Origin: Patescibacteria group bacterium
Lineage (GTDB): Bacteria; Patescibacteriota; Patescibacteriia; JAXHNJ01
Reading direction: 5' to 3'
Assembly (NCBI GenBank): GCA_034520665.1
Contig: JAXHNJ010000001.1
Location: 386,579-450,578 of the forward strand
DNA: 64,000 nt
Made by a program: the position numbers and the translations under genes. The stretch's first letter is position 1; the number at the start of each line of letters is the position of its first letter. This document shows positions 19,749-30,721 of this stretch, in pieces. The notes under the pieces are model-generated. The model saw only the letters and a list, made by a program, of their open reading frames with translations. It made no database searches and was not told the origin of the DNA.

Positions 19749-20963
19749 TTAAATTTGTTTAATAAAGTTTTTCAGAGAAAAAAGGTTGGCTTTTTTCTCT
19801 TTTCTTTTTTTTATCTCAATTTTTTGGCCATTTTTATCACTAATCACGGCTCGAGTACTTATTCCCATAAGATCAGCGTCTTTAAGTTTATAAGAAGAGG
19901 ATACATCACGGTCATCATAAAGTACGTCAATATTATTTTTCAGTAATTTTTCATATATTTTATCAGCATATTCTGAGGTTTTGGACAAATTAAGGAGATG
20001 AACTTTATAAGGAGTGACACTGCTTGGCCAAATAATACCATACTGGTCATGACAAGCTTCAACTATTGAGGCCATTAAACGACCAATACCAATACCATAG
20101 CAGCCCATATAAACATATTTTTCACGTCCTTCTTTATTGGTAAAAGTAGCTCCCATTTTTTTACTGTAAGTATGGTTAAGCTTAAAAATATGGGCGGCTT
20201 CAATACCTCTAGCCTCCTTCATTTTACCTTGGCAATGGCGGCAAGTTTTTTTGGTAGAAGCTTCTTTATTGATGGCTTGATTGCAGTCTTGACAAATTAA
20301 TATTTTATCTTCACCAGAATCAGCTAAAACCATAAATTCATGGCAAAAATCACCACCGATAGAGCCTGATTGAGCTTCAACTACTTCGGCCTTTAATTTC
20401 AGTCTTTTAAATATATTTTTATAAGCTTGCAGAACTTTCTTATAATAATTATCTAAATCTTCTTTTGTAGCATGAAAACTATAAAGATCTTTCATGATAA
20501 ATTCTTTGACTCTTAATAACCCCCCAGTTACGCGTATTTCATTTCTAAACTTATTTTGTATTTGATAGAGAGCAAAAGGCAGCTGTTTATAAGAATTTAA
20601 GTATTTTTTAACTAAGTCAGTGATTACTTCTTCGTGAGTTGAACCCAGAGCAAATTCTTTCTTATGGATATCTTTTAATTTAAATAAAGGGGGTTCCATT
20701 TTATTCCAGCGACCTGAGTCAAGCCAAATACGCTTTGGTTGTAAAGTAGGGAGAAAAAGTTCTTGACCACCGATTTTATTCATTTCATGACGAATTATAT
20801 TCTCAATTTTACGAAAGACTTTCAGACCCAAAGGTAAAATAGTCCAGATACCGGCTGAAAGTTGATCTATATAAGAACCTCGAGTTAAATACTGTTGGCT
20901 GATGGTTTCAGCATCTTTTGAAGCTTGTTTTGATGTTTGGCAAAATAGCTGACTTTGTTTCAT
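19749..20963 (-). CDS. proS: prolyl-tRNA synthetase (short form with Cys-rich zinc motif)
   Basis: Class II core with CxxC...CxxC (ICQDCNQ...CRHCQG); no editing insertion. Confidence 0.8.
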   Translation of the reverse strand: MKQSQLFCQTSKQASKDAETISQQYLTRGSYIDQLSAGIWTILPLGLKVFRKIENIIRHEMNKIGGQELFLPTLQPKRIWLDSGRWNKMEPPLFKLKDIHKKEFALGSTHEEVITDLVKKYLNSYKQLPFALYQIQNKFRNEIRVTGGLLRVKEFIMKDLYSFHATKEDLDNYYKKVLQAYKNIFKRLKLKAEVVEAQSGSIGGDFCHEFMVLADSGEDKILICQDCNQAINKEASTKKTCRHCQGKMKEARGIEAAHIFKLNHTYSKKMGATFTNKEGREKYVYMGCYGIGIGRLMASIVEACHDQYGIIWPSSVTPYKVHLLNLSKTSEYADKIYEKLLKNNIDVLYDDRDVSSSYKLKDADLMGISTRAVISDKNGQKIEIKKRKEKKANLFSLKNFIKQI

Positions 20964-20970
20964 AAACTAA

Positions 20971-22083
20971 TTAAAATATATTTTTAAAAAAATCAGAAAT
21001 TGAAGAAGCAATATTAAATTTTATAATATCACGAAAGGTTATAACAAAAAACAATAAAATTATCAGATAAAACCCTACTGTGTGTACTATATTTTCCACT
21101 CTTTCATTAACTCTCGAGCCTTTTATCTTTTCAATCAGTAAAAATAATAAATGACCACCATCTAAAGCCGGCAAAGGTAGAAAATTAATTAAAGCCAGAG
21201 TTAAAGAAAGCATACCGATAAATTCCAAAAGATAAACAAAACCCATTTTAGCCATTTGGCCGGTGATGACGGCGATACCAACCGGGCCAGCCACATCAGC
21301 CGAAATTTGATGGGAAATTAAAGCATTTTTAATTAAATTATAAAAACCTAAAATTATCTGCCAGAGCATAATAAAGGTTGCCTTTAAACCATTCCACACC
21401 GCTAAATGTAAAGGAAAGGAGACTATACCGGTATTTACCAGACTGACTCCCATTTTTGCTTGATCGCTTTCATCTAGTTTTTCTGGTTTAATATTAAGAT
21501 TTATTATCTCCCCTCCTCTTTTTACCGAAATATTAAGTGTCTCTCCTTCTTTATCAGTGTAATAATTTTTTAAATTATTTATATCTTTATAACCCTGGTC
21601 ATCAATAGAGATAATGATATCTCCAGTTTTTAAGCCTGCTTTTTCAGCCGGGGTATTCTCAACAACTTCATAAACTTGAATTTTTTCATCGCTTATTTTA
21701 GCCCCCGGAACATTATCACCAATAGCCGAAGGCAAACCCAACGTAAAGCCGAAACTAAAAACAACAATAGCTAAAATAACATTCATTAAAACGCCGGCTG
21801 ACATAATCAGGGCTCTCTGCCACACTTTTTTAGTGTTAAAACTGTCTTCGCTTTGCACAGAGCGGTCCCCCTGACCCTTAAGACGAACAAAGCCGCCTAA
21901 GGGGATCCAATTTAAGGAGTATTCTCGATCATTTTTTTTAAAAGCAAACATACGTGGAGGAAAACCAAGGCCAATCTCCTCTACTTTTACACCGGTTTTT
22001 TTAGCGGCTAAAAAGTGTCCAAATTCATGGACGATAATAACAATACTTAATACTAATACAAAACTAATAATAGTTAATAACAT
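20971..22083 (-). CDS. rseP: RIP metalloprotease RseP (site-2 protease, M50)
   Basis: HEFGHFLAAK zinc motif, PDZ region and LDGG motif. Confidence 0.85.
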   Translation of the reverse strand: MLLTIISFVLVLSIVIIVHEFGHFLAAKKTGVKVEEIGLGFPPRMFAFKKNDREYSLNWIPLGGFVRLKGQGDRSVQSEDSFNTKKVWQRALIMSAGVLMNVILAIVVFSFGFTLGLPSAIGDNVPGAKISDEKIQVYEVVENTPAEKAGLKTGDIIISIDDQGYKDINNLKNYYTDKEGETLNISVKRGGEIINLNIKPEKLDESDQAKMGVSLVNTGIVSFPLHLAVWNGLKATFIMLWQIILGFYNLIKNALISHQISADVAGPVGIAVITGQMAKMGFVYLLEFIGMLSLTLALINFLPLPALDGGHLLFLLIEKIKGSRVNERVENIVHTVGFYLIILLFFVITFRDIIKFNIASSISDFFKNIF

Positions 22084-22632
22084 TTATATAGTCATTACCT
22101 CCTTTTCTTTATTATCAGCTAAGTCTTTTATTTTATGGTTAAATTCATCAAGCACTTTTTGCACTTCTTCTTCTTGACGATAATAATCATCCTCTGAAAT
22201 ATTACCTTCGTCTTTATCTTTTTTAATCTCTTTCATATACTCTTCACGAGCATTTCTAAGGCTTTGTTTCACTTCTTCAGATTTTTTTGAAATCGTTTTA
22301 GTTATTTCTTTTCTTCTTTCTTCAGTCATCGGCGGAATATTTAAACGTATTTGATTACCTTCCACCACTGGATTAAGACTAAGATCAGAGTTTTGGATAG
22401 CTTTTTCTATTTCTTTAATAACATTTTTGTCCCAGGGTTCTATAATAATCATTTTTGAATCAGGGGCGTTAACTGAAGCTAACTGCAGTAAAGGGGTAGG
22501 TGTGCCGTAATAATCCACTTTTATGGACTCAACAATTGCTGGTTTGGCTCGTCCGGTTCTAAGACCTTTTAATTCTTTTTTAAAATAATCAATAGATTGT
22601 TCAAATTTCTTTTTTAGATCTTTTTTTAACAT
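22084..22632 (-). CDS. frr: ribosome recycling factor
   Basis: 182 aa with typical Frr length and motifs (NAPDSKMIIIEPWD). Confidence 0.95.
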   Translation of the reverse strand: MLKKDLKKKFEQSIDYFKKELKGLRTGRAKPAIVESIKVDYYGTPTPLLQLASVNAPDSKMIIIEPWDKNVIKEIEKAIQNSDLSLNPVVEGNQIRLNIPPMTEERRKEITKTISKKSEEVKQSLRNAREEYMKEIKKDKDEGNISEDDYYRQEEEVQKVLDEFNHKIKDLADNKEKEVMTI

Positions 22633-22638
22633 AATTAT

Positions 22639-23676
22639 TTATTTATTTTTATAAACACTTATTAATATAGGATTAGTATCTTTCTCGCGAGGTATTATTT
22701 CAATATCAGAAATACTGCCGGAAGTGGGTAATATTTTAGTTTCCCATTCTTCACCTGAATTAATAGATTTATGAAACTTATTACTTCTAATGATATATAT
22801 AATCTCTGGATTTTCAGGATCTAGGGCTACCTGGTTTATACTAGTGCCAAAATTAACTAATGTTTTCACCGGTTTAAATGATTCTCCGCGATTTTCAGTT
22901 TTTAAGATACCGTAATTAGTAGATATATAGAATTCACTGGTATCCAGCATATTAAAGCTAATTGATTTTATGGATGAAGCCCCTTTATAATCTTTAAGTG
23001 CTACCCTTAAACCATGCCAAGTTAAACCCTTATCATAACTTATATAGAGATTATTTTTTGTCTTAATATAAATTATTCTAGAGTCATAAGGATCAAAAAA
23101 CATTTCAGAAATATATGTATTTAAATTATTTAATATTTGCCAGGTGTTACCATAATCATCACTTTTAATAATAGCGCCTGTATTAGTAGCCGCATAGATA
23201 CGTTTGGAATCATAGTAATCAGTAGCTACATCTGTAATAGTTCGACCCGGTTCAGCTTCGATGTATTTTACATCCCAATTTTTGCCAGCATTTACTGATT
23301 TATAAATTCTTCCTTTAGAAGCAGTATAAATTATATCTTTATTTTCACCATCAAAAGCCACATCAACATAGGTACCACTTTTCAAACCTGTTTCCTGCCA
23401 AATATCGCCTAAATTATCTGATTTATAAATACCACGACCAGCTGTACATATATAAAGCATTTCTTTATCCGGTGAAGGAATAATTTTGTTAACACTAATA
23501 TCACTGATTTTTAGTTCTTTTTTCTTTATTCGCCCAGCATAAACCTTTTGCTGCCATTTTTTACCAAAATCGTCACTACGATAAATTCCTAGATCATTGC
23601 TGGTAGAGCCGCCAATTTTTATTGAACAACCGGCTATAAAAAATAGTATTAGTATTATGGGAATTAATCTTTTCAT
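22639..23676 (-). CDS. BNR/Asp-box repeat beta-propeller lipoprotein (Ycf48-like)
   Basis: Lipobox IAGCS and at least 7 S-x-D-x-G-x-T-W-like repeats (SDDFGKKWQ, SDNLGDIWQ, SVNAGKNWD, SDDYGNTWQ ...). Confidence 0.6.
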   Translation of the reverse strand: MKRLIPIILILFFIAGCSIKIGGSTSNDLGIYRSDDFGKKWQQKVYAGRIKKKELKISDISVNKIIPSPDKEMLYICTAGRGIYKSDNLGDIWQETGLKSGTYVDVAFDGENKDIIYTASKGRIYKSVNAGKNWDVKYIEAEPGRTITDVATDYYDSKRIYAATNTGAIIKSDDYGNTWQILNNLNTYISEMFFDPYDSRIIYIKTKNNLYISYDKGLTWHGLRVALKDYKGASSIKSISFNMLDTSEFYISTNYGILKTENRGESFKPVKTLVNFGTSINQVALDPENPEIIYIIRSNKFHKSINSGEEWETKILPTSGSISDIEIIPREKDTNPILISVYKNK

Positions 23677-23680
23677 AAAA

Positions 23681-24694
23681 TTATATTTTAAGTATGAAAT
23701 TTTCTAAAACAATCTTAGGGTTCAAATTGCGATCTATGAGCATTTTTGTCACTATAAGATGATCAATTAATTTTTTAAAATAAAGATCCTTTTTACCTTT
23801 GATTATCTTTTTATAGATATTTTTTTTAAAAACGAAAGTAATTTTGTTTTCTTGATCTGATTGATAAAGTAACAAATCACGCAGAACCGTTAACCAAATA
23901 TTAATTAATGAGTGATAGTTAATAAAGGAGTTTTTCGATGGGGTAAGATTGCCGTAAAGTGAGGAAATTTCTTTAAAACGATCCGCTAAACTAAACGAAA
24001 ATAAATTTAAAAATCTATTAATAGTTTCTTGGTATGATTCAAAATATTCATTATCTCTGGCCATTTTTCTGGCCTGTGAAATCCGACCCTGAACAATCTG
24101 GCTTATAGACGAAGCTTTTTGATTATTTATCAGTTGACTTTTTTTAAGATAATCAAAAATTAAGGAGTGACTAATAAAATTAAACCTTATTGTCTGACAA
24201 CGAGAAGTAATAGTTTCTGGTAAACGATTTTTGTTGGAAGCTATTAAAATAATAATGGTTTTATCTGAGGGCTCTTCTAAGGTTTTTAAAAAACTGTTAC
24301 TGGCTGACTCACTCATCAATTCAGCCTGATCAATAAGAGCAAATTTATAGGGCCAATTAAGAGGCTTTAGGCTGAGATGATCTATAAGAGCCCTAATTTG
24401 TTCGATACTTATATTTTTTTTATCAGATTTCTTTTTTATTTCTAAAAAATCAGCACTTGTTTTTCTTCTAAAGATTTGGCAAGATTGACACTTTAAACAG
24501 GGGGCTGAGTTTTTCTTTTTTTGACAAATTATACGCCTTAAAAAGTTAACAGCTGCCTCTTTTTTACCAACCCCTTCAGGCCCCAGAAAAAGATAAGCAT
24601 GCGATAACTTTTTCTTTTCTATTGATTTATTAAAATAATCAAATACTTTTTTGTGACCCGAATATAAGGCTTCCTGAAAGATTTTTTCTACCAT
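23681..24694 (-). CDS. holB: DNA polymerase III delta-prime subunit
   Basis: AAA+ clamp-loader fold with GPEGVGK and a CxxC zinc module. Confidence 0.7.
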   Translation of the reverse strand: MVEKIFQEALYSGHKKVFDYFNKSIEKKKLSHAYLFLGPEGVGKKEAAVNFLRRIICQKKKNSAPCLKCQSCQIFRRKTSADFLEIKKKSDKKNISIEQIRALIDHLSLKPLNWPYKFALIDQAELMSESASNSFLKTLEEPSDKTIIILIASNKNRLPETITSRCQTIRFNFISHSLIFDYLKKSQLINNQKASSISQIVQGRISQARKMARDNEYFESYQETINRFLNLFSFSLADRFKEISSLYGNLTPSKNSFINYHSLINIWLTVLRDLLLYQSDQENKITFVFKKNIYKKIIKGKKDLYFKKLIDHLIVTKMLIDRNLNPKIVLENFILKI

Positions 24695-24741
24695 AAATTA
24701 TATTATATATAAAAATATAGTACCATTTATAGCCTCTTTCG

Positions 24742-25935
24742 TCAATAATTTTTAATAAGTTCTAATGTTTGTCTGGCACATTTTTGCCAAGAAAATTTTT
24801 CTATCCGGCTAAAACCTTTCTTAATAAGATTTTGTCTGTTTTTATTATTTTTAATAATTTTGATAATTTCCTTAGCTATTTGTTTATAATTATCCGGATC
24901 TAAAATAAGGCCGCCTGATCCGACAATTTCAGGCATAGAAGCTCTGTCTGAAACTATAACTGGACAACCGCAAGACATGGCTTCCAAAGGCGGTAAGCCA
25001 AAACCCTCATAATATGAGATAAAAACTAAGGCTAGAGCTGTATTATATAATAATGGCAAATCTTTATCACTAACCCAGCCCGGTCTAATAACCTCTCTTT
25101 GAATATTAGAAGTATTTAAAAATTGTTCAGCCTTTTTCCAGCCATAGCCTGGCTTACCGACTAAAAGTAGTTTTAAGGGTTTTTTATATTTTTTTTTGAT
25201 AAGACTGAATGTTTTAAGAAGCCCCAGTATATTTTTCTTTTTCTCTAAACGGCCGACATAAATTAAAAAGGGCTCTTTTATATTATATTTATCAAGAATT
25301 TTCTTTTTTAATTTATTATTTTTAGTCGGGTGATATTGATCCTGATCATACCCTTCATAGATAATATTAACTTTACTCCTATTAATATTATAATATTTTT
25401 TTATTTCATGAGCCGTAAATTTTGAAGGAGTTATAATAGAATAGGCCTTTTTAACGGCTAGCTTCATACTGAAACGATGATAATCAAGTTCGTTATTAGA
25501 GTAACGTCCTAAACTGAATATTTTTATAATTAAATATAATATTTTAGAAAATAAGTTTTTGCCACCAATTAATTTTTTAGCGTAAAATTCGGGAAAGACT
25601 TCAAAACCAACATCGTGGCAAGTGGTAATTATTTTTGTTCGAGAAAATAAAGGAATAGTATGAGCCGGCACAAAAAGTACATCCGGAGGATTTATTATCA
25701 TTTCCCAGGATAAACGAATTAAGTTCCATAAAAATCCAAAAGGCCACTTAAGCACCTTATTTTCAAAATTATTGCCAAGATTATTAATATTTTCCTGCCA
25801 GGGTTTTTTAGTGTATAGTCTATACTTATTTTTTTGGTCAAGTTTTGAAAATTGCTGGATTAAATTATACGAGTACCATTCAGTACCCGTCTTTTCTTTT
25901 TTATTGGCTCTGGAAGCATCAATACCGATAATCAT
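24742..25935 (-). CDS. glycosyltransferase family 4 (GT-B)
   Basis: EGFGLPPLEAM...GCPVI E-x7-E motif. Confidence 0.8.
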   Translation of the reverse strand: MIIGIDASRANKKEKTGTEWYSYNLIQQFSKLDQKNKYRLYTKKPWQENINNLGNNFENKVLKWPFGFLWNLIRLSWEMIINPPDVLFVPAHTIPLFSRTKIITTCHDVGFEVFPEFYAKKLIGGKNLFSKILYLIIKIFSLGRYSNNELDYHRFSMKLAVKKAYSIITPSKFTAHEIKKYYNINRSKVNIIYEGYDQDQYHPTKNNKLKKKILDKYNIKEPFLIYVGRLEKKKNILGLLKTFSLIKKKYKKPLKLLLVGKPGYGWKKAEQFLNTSNIQREVIRPGWVSDKDLPLLYNTALALVFISYYEGFGLPPLEAMSCGCPVIVSDRASMPEIVGSGGLILDPDNYKQIAKEIIKIIKNNKNRQNLIKKGFSRIEKFSWQKCARQTLELIKNY

Positions 25936-25937
25936 AG

Positions 25938-26945
25938 TTATTTGGCGGATAATATACTTCTCTTATAAGACTCGAGATTATCTAAAGCAATACCGGTTCC
26001 TTTGGCTACGCATAAAAGAGAATCATCTGCTACATAAGCATTAACACCAGTGGCTTGAGTTATTAAACGATCAATATTTCTTAAAAGTGAAGAACCGCCT
26101 GATAAGACCATGCCCTTATCTATAACATCTGCTGAAAGCTCAGGTGGAGTGTTTTGTAAAACTATTTTAATAGCCTGAATGATTGAAGAAAGTTCATCTT
26201 GAATAGCTTCGATTACATCATCTGAGATTATGGAAATAGTTTTTGGCAAACCAGAAATCATGTCACGCCCTCTAATATCCATACTTAATTTATCTTCTAA
26301 AGGTAAGGCGGAGCCTATTTTAATCTTTATTTCTTCAGCTGTTCTTTCGCCTATGGCTAAACTATATTTTTTTCTAACATATTCTATAATAGCAGTATCA
26401 ATTTTAGTGCCGCCTACTCTGACTGAGTTATTGAAAACAATGCCACCTAAAGAAATAACCGCAATTTCAGAAGTACCACCACCAATATCAACTATCATAT
26501 GCCCGGAAGCTGAACCAATAGGAATATTAGCGCCAATAGCCGCGGCCACCGGCTCTTTAATGATATAGGCTGCTTTAGCCCCAGCGGCCATAGTAGCGTC
26601 TATAACCGCTCTTCTTTCAGTTGAAGTGATACCAGCTGGCACGGCTATCATAACCTCTGGACGGAAAAGTCTCACTCCGCTTAGAGCTTTATTAATAAAA
26701 TAGCGAATCATAGCTTCTGTTGTCCGATAATCAGCGATTACGCCCTCCCTTAACGGTGTTTGAGCTACAATAGTATCAGGAGTTCTCCCGATCATATCTT
26801 TAGCTTCTAAGCCAACAGCTAATACCTTTTTATCAACCAAAGAAATAGCTACCACTGAAGGCTCATTAATAACAATTCCCCGTCCTGGCATATAAACTAA
26901 GGTGTAAGTAGTGCCTAAATCAATACCAATTCTTTTGAAAAACAT
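25938..26945 (-). CDS. second MreB-family actin-like protein (paralogue) embedded in the glycan cluster
   Basis: GIDLGTTYTLVY and DIGGGTSE motifs. The start shares ATGA with the stop of the upstream gene. Confidence 0.85.
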   Translation of the reverse strand: MFFKRIGIDLGTTYTLVYMPGRGIVINEPSVVAISLVDKKVLAVGLEAKDMIGRTPDTIVAQTPLREGVIADYRTTEAMIRYFINKALSGVRLFRPEVMIAVPAGITSTERRAVIDATMAAGAKAAYIIKEPVAAAIGANIPIGSASGHMIVDIGGGTSEIAVISLGGIVFNNSVRVGGTKIDTAIIEYVRKKYSLAIGERTAEEIKIKIGSALPLEDKLSMDIRGRDMISGLPKTISIISDDVIEAIQDELSSIIQAIKIVLQNTPPELSADVIDKGMVLSGGSSLLRNIDRLITQATGVNAYVADDSLLCVAKGTGIALDNLESYKRSILSAK

Positions 26946-28870
26946 TATTTTAAACTAATATTAATTATATAGTCTTTGTTAAGTGGGTTTGAAAAAGTTA
27001 TCTTATTATTACTCTCTTTTTCCAAATTGTCAATCCTGGAAAAGGCTTTTATATTTTTATGAAATTCTAAATTTAGGTCAGTTTTATAGTTAGCAGCCCC
27101 CGGTTGTTTCTGTATAACAAGCTGATAATTACCATCATTAATCATATTGCGAATTTTTTTTGGCAGTTTATATTTAAAAGTAATTGTTTTTTCTTCTCCT
27201 GGTTCAATAGAAATAAAGGATCCAAAATAGGTTTTTCCCAAATCATTAACAACATTTTTTTCTTCATTAGTACCGATAATATCAATTAACTGACTGCCTT
27301 GAGGAACATAAAGCCGAAAATATGTGCGATAGCGGGTAGTCTTCCAAGTAAAATCAGCTTCATTTTTATAATTTACTTTTAAATTAGCCGCATAATAATC
27401 GCCTTTATCAGTTAGATTATATTCAAAGTTACGGGTGACATAAGGGTCAGTTTTTAAACTGGCTAAATTTGTATCTATAAACATAATATAATCCCCTGGA
27501 TTTTGTATAACCTGTCCGCCCCAGTTATTTTGTTTGAGTAAATTTTCTGCTTGCTCATTTTTAAAGTAAAGAAGAAAATGTTTTTCTTGCAATTCTTTAT
27601 CAATAATCTGAAATAAGTCGTCCCATTTTGCCTGCGGCAGACTGTATAAATTTTCTATTAGCACTTTTGATAAATCGCCAATTATTTCTTTTCTTTGACT
27701 TTCATCTATATCTTTTTGCAAAAAACCTTTTTCTACCTGGTATTGCAGGGTATCGGTAAAGTTTTCCCTGGTAAATTTAACCCCGTGAACTGTAATTGAC
27801 CCGGTTAATTCAATTAAAGATTCAATTAAGTCAGGAGTGATAGCTATAACCCCATCAAAGTTTTTTTCACTCCCTCCTTCTTGTTCATAAAACCAAAGAG
27901 CTTTTTCAGCCGAGGTAGGAAAATCTGGAGACCAATTTGAATCACGTAAAAACCACTGTGAAGTTTTATTATATTTAGTCAGAGGCTCAGGCGGATCAAT
28001 ATTTAAATTCTCCGCTTTCTCATCGAGATTATAAACATTATTAGTTTTAAATTCTAATATATCAGCGTCTTTGAGTACTAAAGTCCCATAAGTACCAATA
28101 AAACCACCGGTCGGCCTTAATTCAGTATTATTTTGGAGAAGAAAAAGAAATTTTTTACTGTTGGGAAAACCGGCTAAATCCGGAATTATTTTAGCTAAGA
28201 CTGAAAGCTGACTTATGGCTTGCTCAGCTTTGGGTAAATAATCTTTAAGTAAAACAACTGTTTCATTTACTGGTCCAATAAGACCGGTTTGGGAGATGTT
28301 TTTAATACTATTATTGGATTTTTTTATGATCTCATTAGCCTGGGTGAAAGTATCCTCAGAATCATTTAACTTGGCTAATATTACTCTTTTTTCCTGAACC
28401 GTTATGTCAGCAAAACTAATATCATGGTTTTCTTTTAAAGGAGATATTATATCTACGGCTAAACTAACAAGGTTACCGGTGGAATGGGAAATATCTACAC
28501 CAACTTTTAAAATTTTATCAATGGCCTGATATTGCTGACTGATTATGGGCATAAATTTGAGTAAAGGCATCTTTTCTAGTTCAACTCTAGCGTTATTAAA
28601 ATTTCTGTTACTTTGATAAATTAATTCTTCGGCTTGGCTATAATCCTGGAGGGCAATTAATTCTTGGGCTTTAAATAAATTCTCTTTGGCTTTTAAAGAT
28701 TGCTGGTAAACTTTTTTCCCTTTCGGATAATAAAAAATAGTTAAAATTACAAAGAGTAAAAATATTGTAACTAAAACAACTAAAGCCCATTTTATACTTC
28801 TTTTCTTAGATTTATTTTTTTTCTTTAAACCAAAAGATTGAATTAAATTCATTTTGCCTTTATTTTTCAT
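26945..28870 (-). CDS. membrane-anchored extracytoplasmic protein (DUF4012-like), function unknown
   Basis: Basic N-terminus with one TM helix and a ~600-aa soluble domain. It is translationally coupled to the MreB paralogue and a GT2 gene. Confidence 0.45.
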   Translation of the reverse strand: MKNKGKMNLIQSFGLKKKNKSKKRSIKWALVVLVTIFLLFVILTIFYYPKGKKVYQQSLKAKENLFKAQELIALQDYSQAEELIYQSNRNFNNARVELEKMPLLKFMPIISQQYQAIDKILKVGVDISHSTGNLVSLAVDIISPLKENHDISFADITVQEKRVILAKLNDSEDTFTQANEIIKKSNNSIKNISQTGLIGPVNETVVLLKDYLPKAEQAISQLSVLAKIIPDLAGFPNSKKFLFLLQNNTELRPTGGFIGTYGTLVLKDADILEFKTNNVYNLDEKAENLNIDPPEPLTKYNKTSQWFLRDSNWSPDFPTSAEKALWFYEQEGGSEKNFDGVIAITPDLIESLIELTGSITVHGVKFTRENFTDTLQYQVEKGFLQKDIDESQRKEIIGDLSKVLIENLYSLPQAKWDDLFQIIDKELQEKHFLLYFKNEQAENLLKQNNWGGQVIQNPGDYIMFIDTNLASLKTDPYVTRNFEYNLTDKGDYYAANLKVNYKNEADFTWKTTRYRTYFRLYVPQGSQLIDIIGTNEEKNVVNDLGKTYFGSFISIEPGEEKTITFKYKLPKKIRNMINDGNYQLVIQKQPGAANYKTDLNLEFHKNIKAFSRIDNLEKESNNKITFSNPLNKDYIINISLK

Positions 28871-29711
28871 TTGTTTTTTTTCGGGTAATTATTTTTTCTT
28901 TATTAATTTTCTTGGCTCCCCAGTATTTAGCAAAATATTTTAAAGCACTAGCAATATGAATACGAGTAGCTTGACTAAAAATTCCCCTTAGTCCGGGATT
29001 TTCAGCACTTAACCTCTGATGATAGTGAACTATTTCTATATTATTTAAATAACAAACAAGAAAACCAGCTTGCCAAAATTGGCGACACCAATCAACATCT
29101 TCAAAATAAAGTTCAAATCTTTCGTCCATTAAACCCACTTTTTCAATAGAAGAGCTTCGAACGAGCATACAAGCGCCTAAAACCCAATCAACAGCATTAA
29201 CTTCTTTAAAATTATAGTCAAGCATAAGATAATCTCGAAGCTTCTTTTTAACTGACGGAAGTTTGCCTAGTGGCGTACGGCGGTAGATGGGGGTCATAAA
29301 TCGTGGAAAGCGATAGCAGGAAATCTGTCTGGTACCGTCCGGATTAATTAATTTGGGGGCCACTACCCCAACATTAGGGTTATTGTCCATAAATTTTAAT
29401 AATTTTTCAATCACTCCTTCAAAAATAGCAATATCAGGGTTTAAGATCATAATATATTGACCCCTAGCTTCTTTAATACCAAGATTATTACCAGCAGCAC
29501 AACCGTTATTTTGAGGGCTTTCAATACATTTTATATTAGGAAAATTTTCACGCATCATTTTAACACTGTCATCATTGGAATGATTGTCAACGGCTATAAT
29601 TTCATAATTTACGGGTAAATTTAAGAGTTGTATACCTTTTATACATTGTTTGAGTAAACCCTTGGTTTTGTAGTTTAAAATTATTACTGATAATATTATT
29701 TCTTGAGCCAT
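28860..29711 (-). CDS. glycosyltransferase family 2
   Basis: GT-A fold with an ILNYKT...DN..NDDS DxD-type motif. Confidence 0.8.
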   Translation of the reverse strand: MAQEIILSVIILNYKTKGLLKQCIKGIQLLNLPVNYEIIAVDNHSNDDSVKMMRENFPNIKCIESPQNNGCAAGNNLGIKEARGQYIMILNPDIAIFEGVIEKLLKFMDNNPNVGVVAPKLINPDGTRQISCYRFPRFMTPIYRRTPLGKLPSVKKKLRDYLMLDYNFKEVNAVDWVLGACMLVRSSSIEKVGLMDERFELYFEDVDWCRQFWQAGFLVCYLNNIEIVHYHQRLSAENPGLRGIFSQATRIHIASALKYFAKYWGAKKINKEKIITRKKTNEK

Positions 29712-30721
29712 TCTCTTATTGATTTTATATTTTTAGGTTTTAAAACTTGTTCTCTTTTTTTTAGCATTTTGTTAAAATATTTAAAGAATTGGAAATAAGC
29801 TTTTATATTTTTTATTTCAAAAAATAGTATATAGAAAAATCTTTTTAGTTCGCGAGGTACTATGTAGTAAAAATCTTTAAAAAAATTAGAAACATATTCG
29901 TTTTTTAAGTACATTAAAAGGTGGTTGCGAGTGGAATAATAATTTATTACTTTTGATTTAGCCTGCCTGGATTTTCTAACTGCTTTAAAGCTTTGATCTT
30001 TAGGAGCTTTGGCTTGACGATGATGGTAAGCCAGAGCGGTCGGTAAATAGTAAGACTTTTTATTCTTAATATTCATACGCCAAGCTAAATCAATATCTTC
30101 TTTATAAACAAAGAAATCTTCATCAAAATATTCTTGTCCAATTTTTATTTTGTTCAAAGTAGATCGATTGATAAATAACAAACCTCCACAAACACCAAAG
30201 ACAGGTCCAGGCTTATTGAAAACATCATGATCTTTTTTATTTTCGTGACGGTTATAAAAGTTACGATTACGTTTAACAGCTAGACCTGTATTATCAATAA
30301 TATCAGTAAAAATTATTTCGTTCAAATCATTGCCCTTAAAATGAAATTTTTTTATTTTTCCCGTAATGGCTTGATATTCTGGTTTCTTTTGTACAAAATT
30401 GATCATTTTTTCTAAATAATCTTCTTTTAAAATAATATCCGGGTTCATTATTAAAAGCCACTCTCCCCCAGTTATCTTAAGGCCCTGATTATGGGCTTTG
30501 GCATAGCCTAAATTTTTTTTGTTTTTTAAAATTTTTACTTCTGGGTAATTTTTTTCAATAAATTCTAGAGTACCGTCTTTAGAGCCATTATCAATCACTA
30601 AAACCGAAAAATCTCTGAAGGTTTGTTTAAAAATTGAAGCTAGACAATTTTCAATATATATTAGAGAGTTCCAAGTAACTATATTAATATTTACCTTTTT
30701 TGTCTGCATATGATTGGCCAA
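29696..30721 (-). CDS. glycosyltransferase family 2
   Basis: NIVTWNS...IDNGSKDGT motif typical of GT2. Confidence 0.8.
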   Translation of the reverse strand: MANHMQTKKVNINIVTWNSLIYIENCLASIFKQTFRDFSVLVIDNGSKDGTLEFIEKNYPEVKILKNKKNLGYAKAHNQGLKITGGEWLLIMNPDIILKEDYLEKMINFVQKKPEYQAITGKIKKFHFKGNDLNEIIFTDIIDNTGLAVKRNRNFYNRHENKKDHDVFNKPGPVFGVCGGLLFINRSTLNKIKIGQEYFDEDFFVYKEDIDLAWRMNIKNKKSYYLPTALAYHHRQAKAPKDQSFKAVRKSRQAKSKVINYYSTRNHLLMYLKNEYVSNFFKDFYYIVPRELKRFFYILFFEIKNIKAYFQFFKYFNKMLKKREQVLKPKNIKSIREWLKK

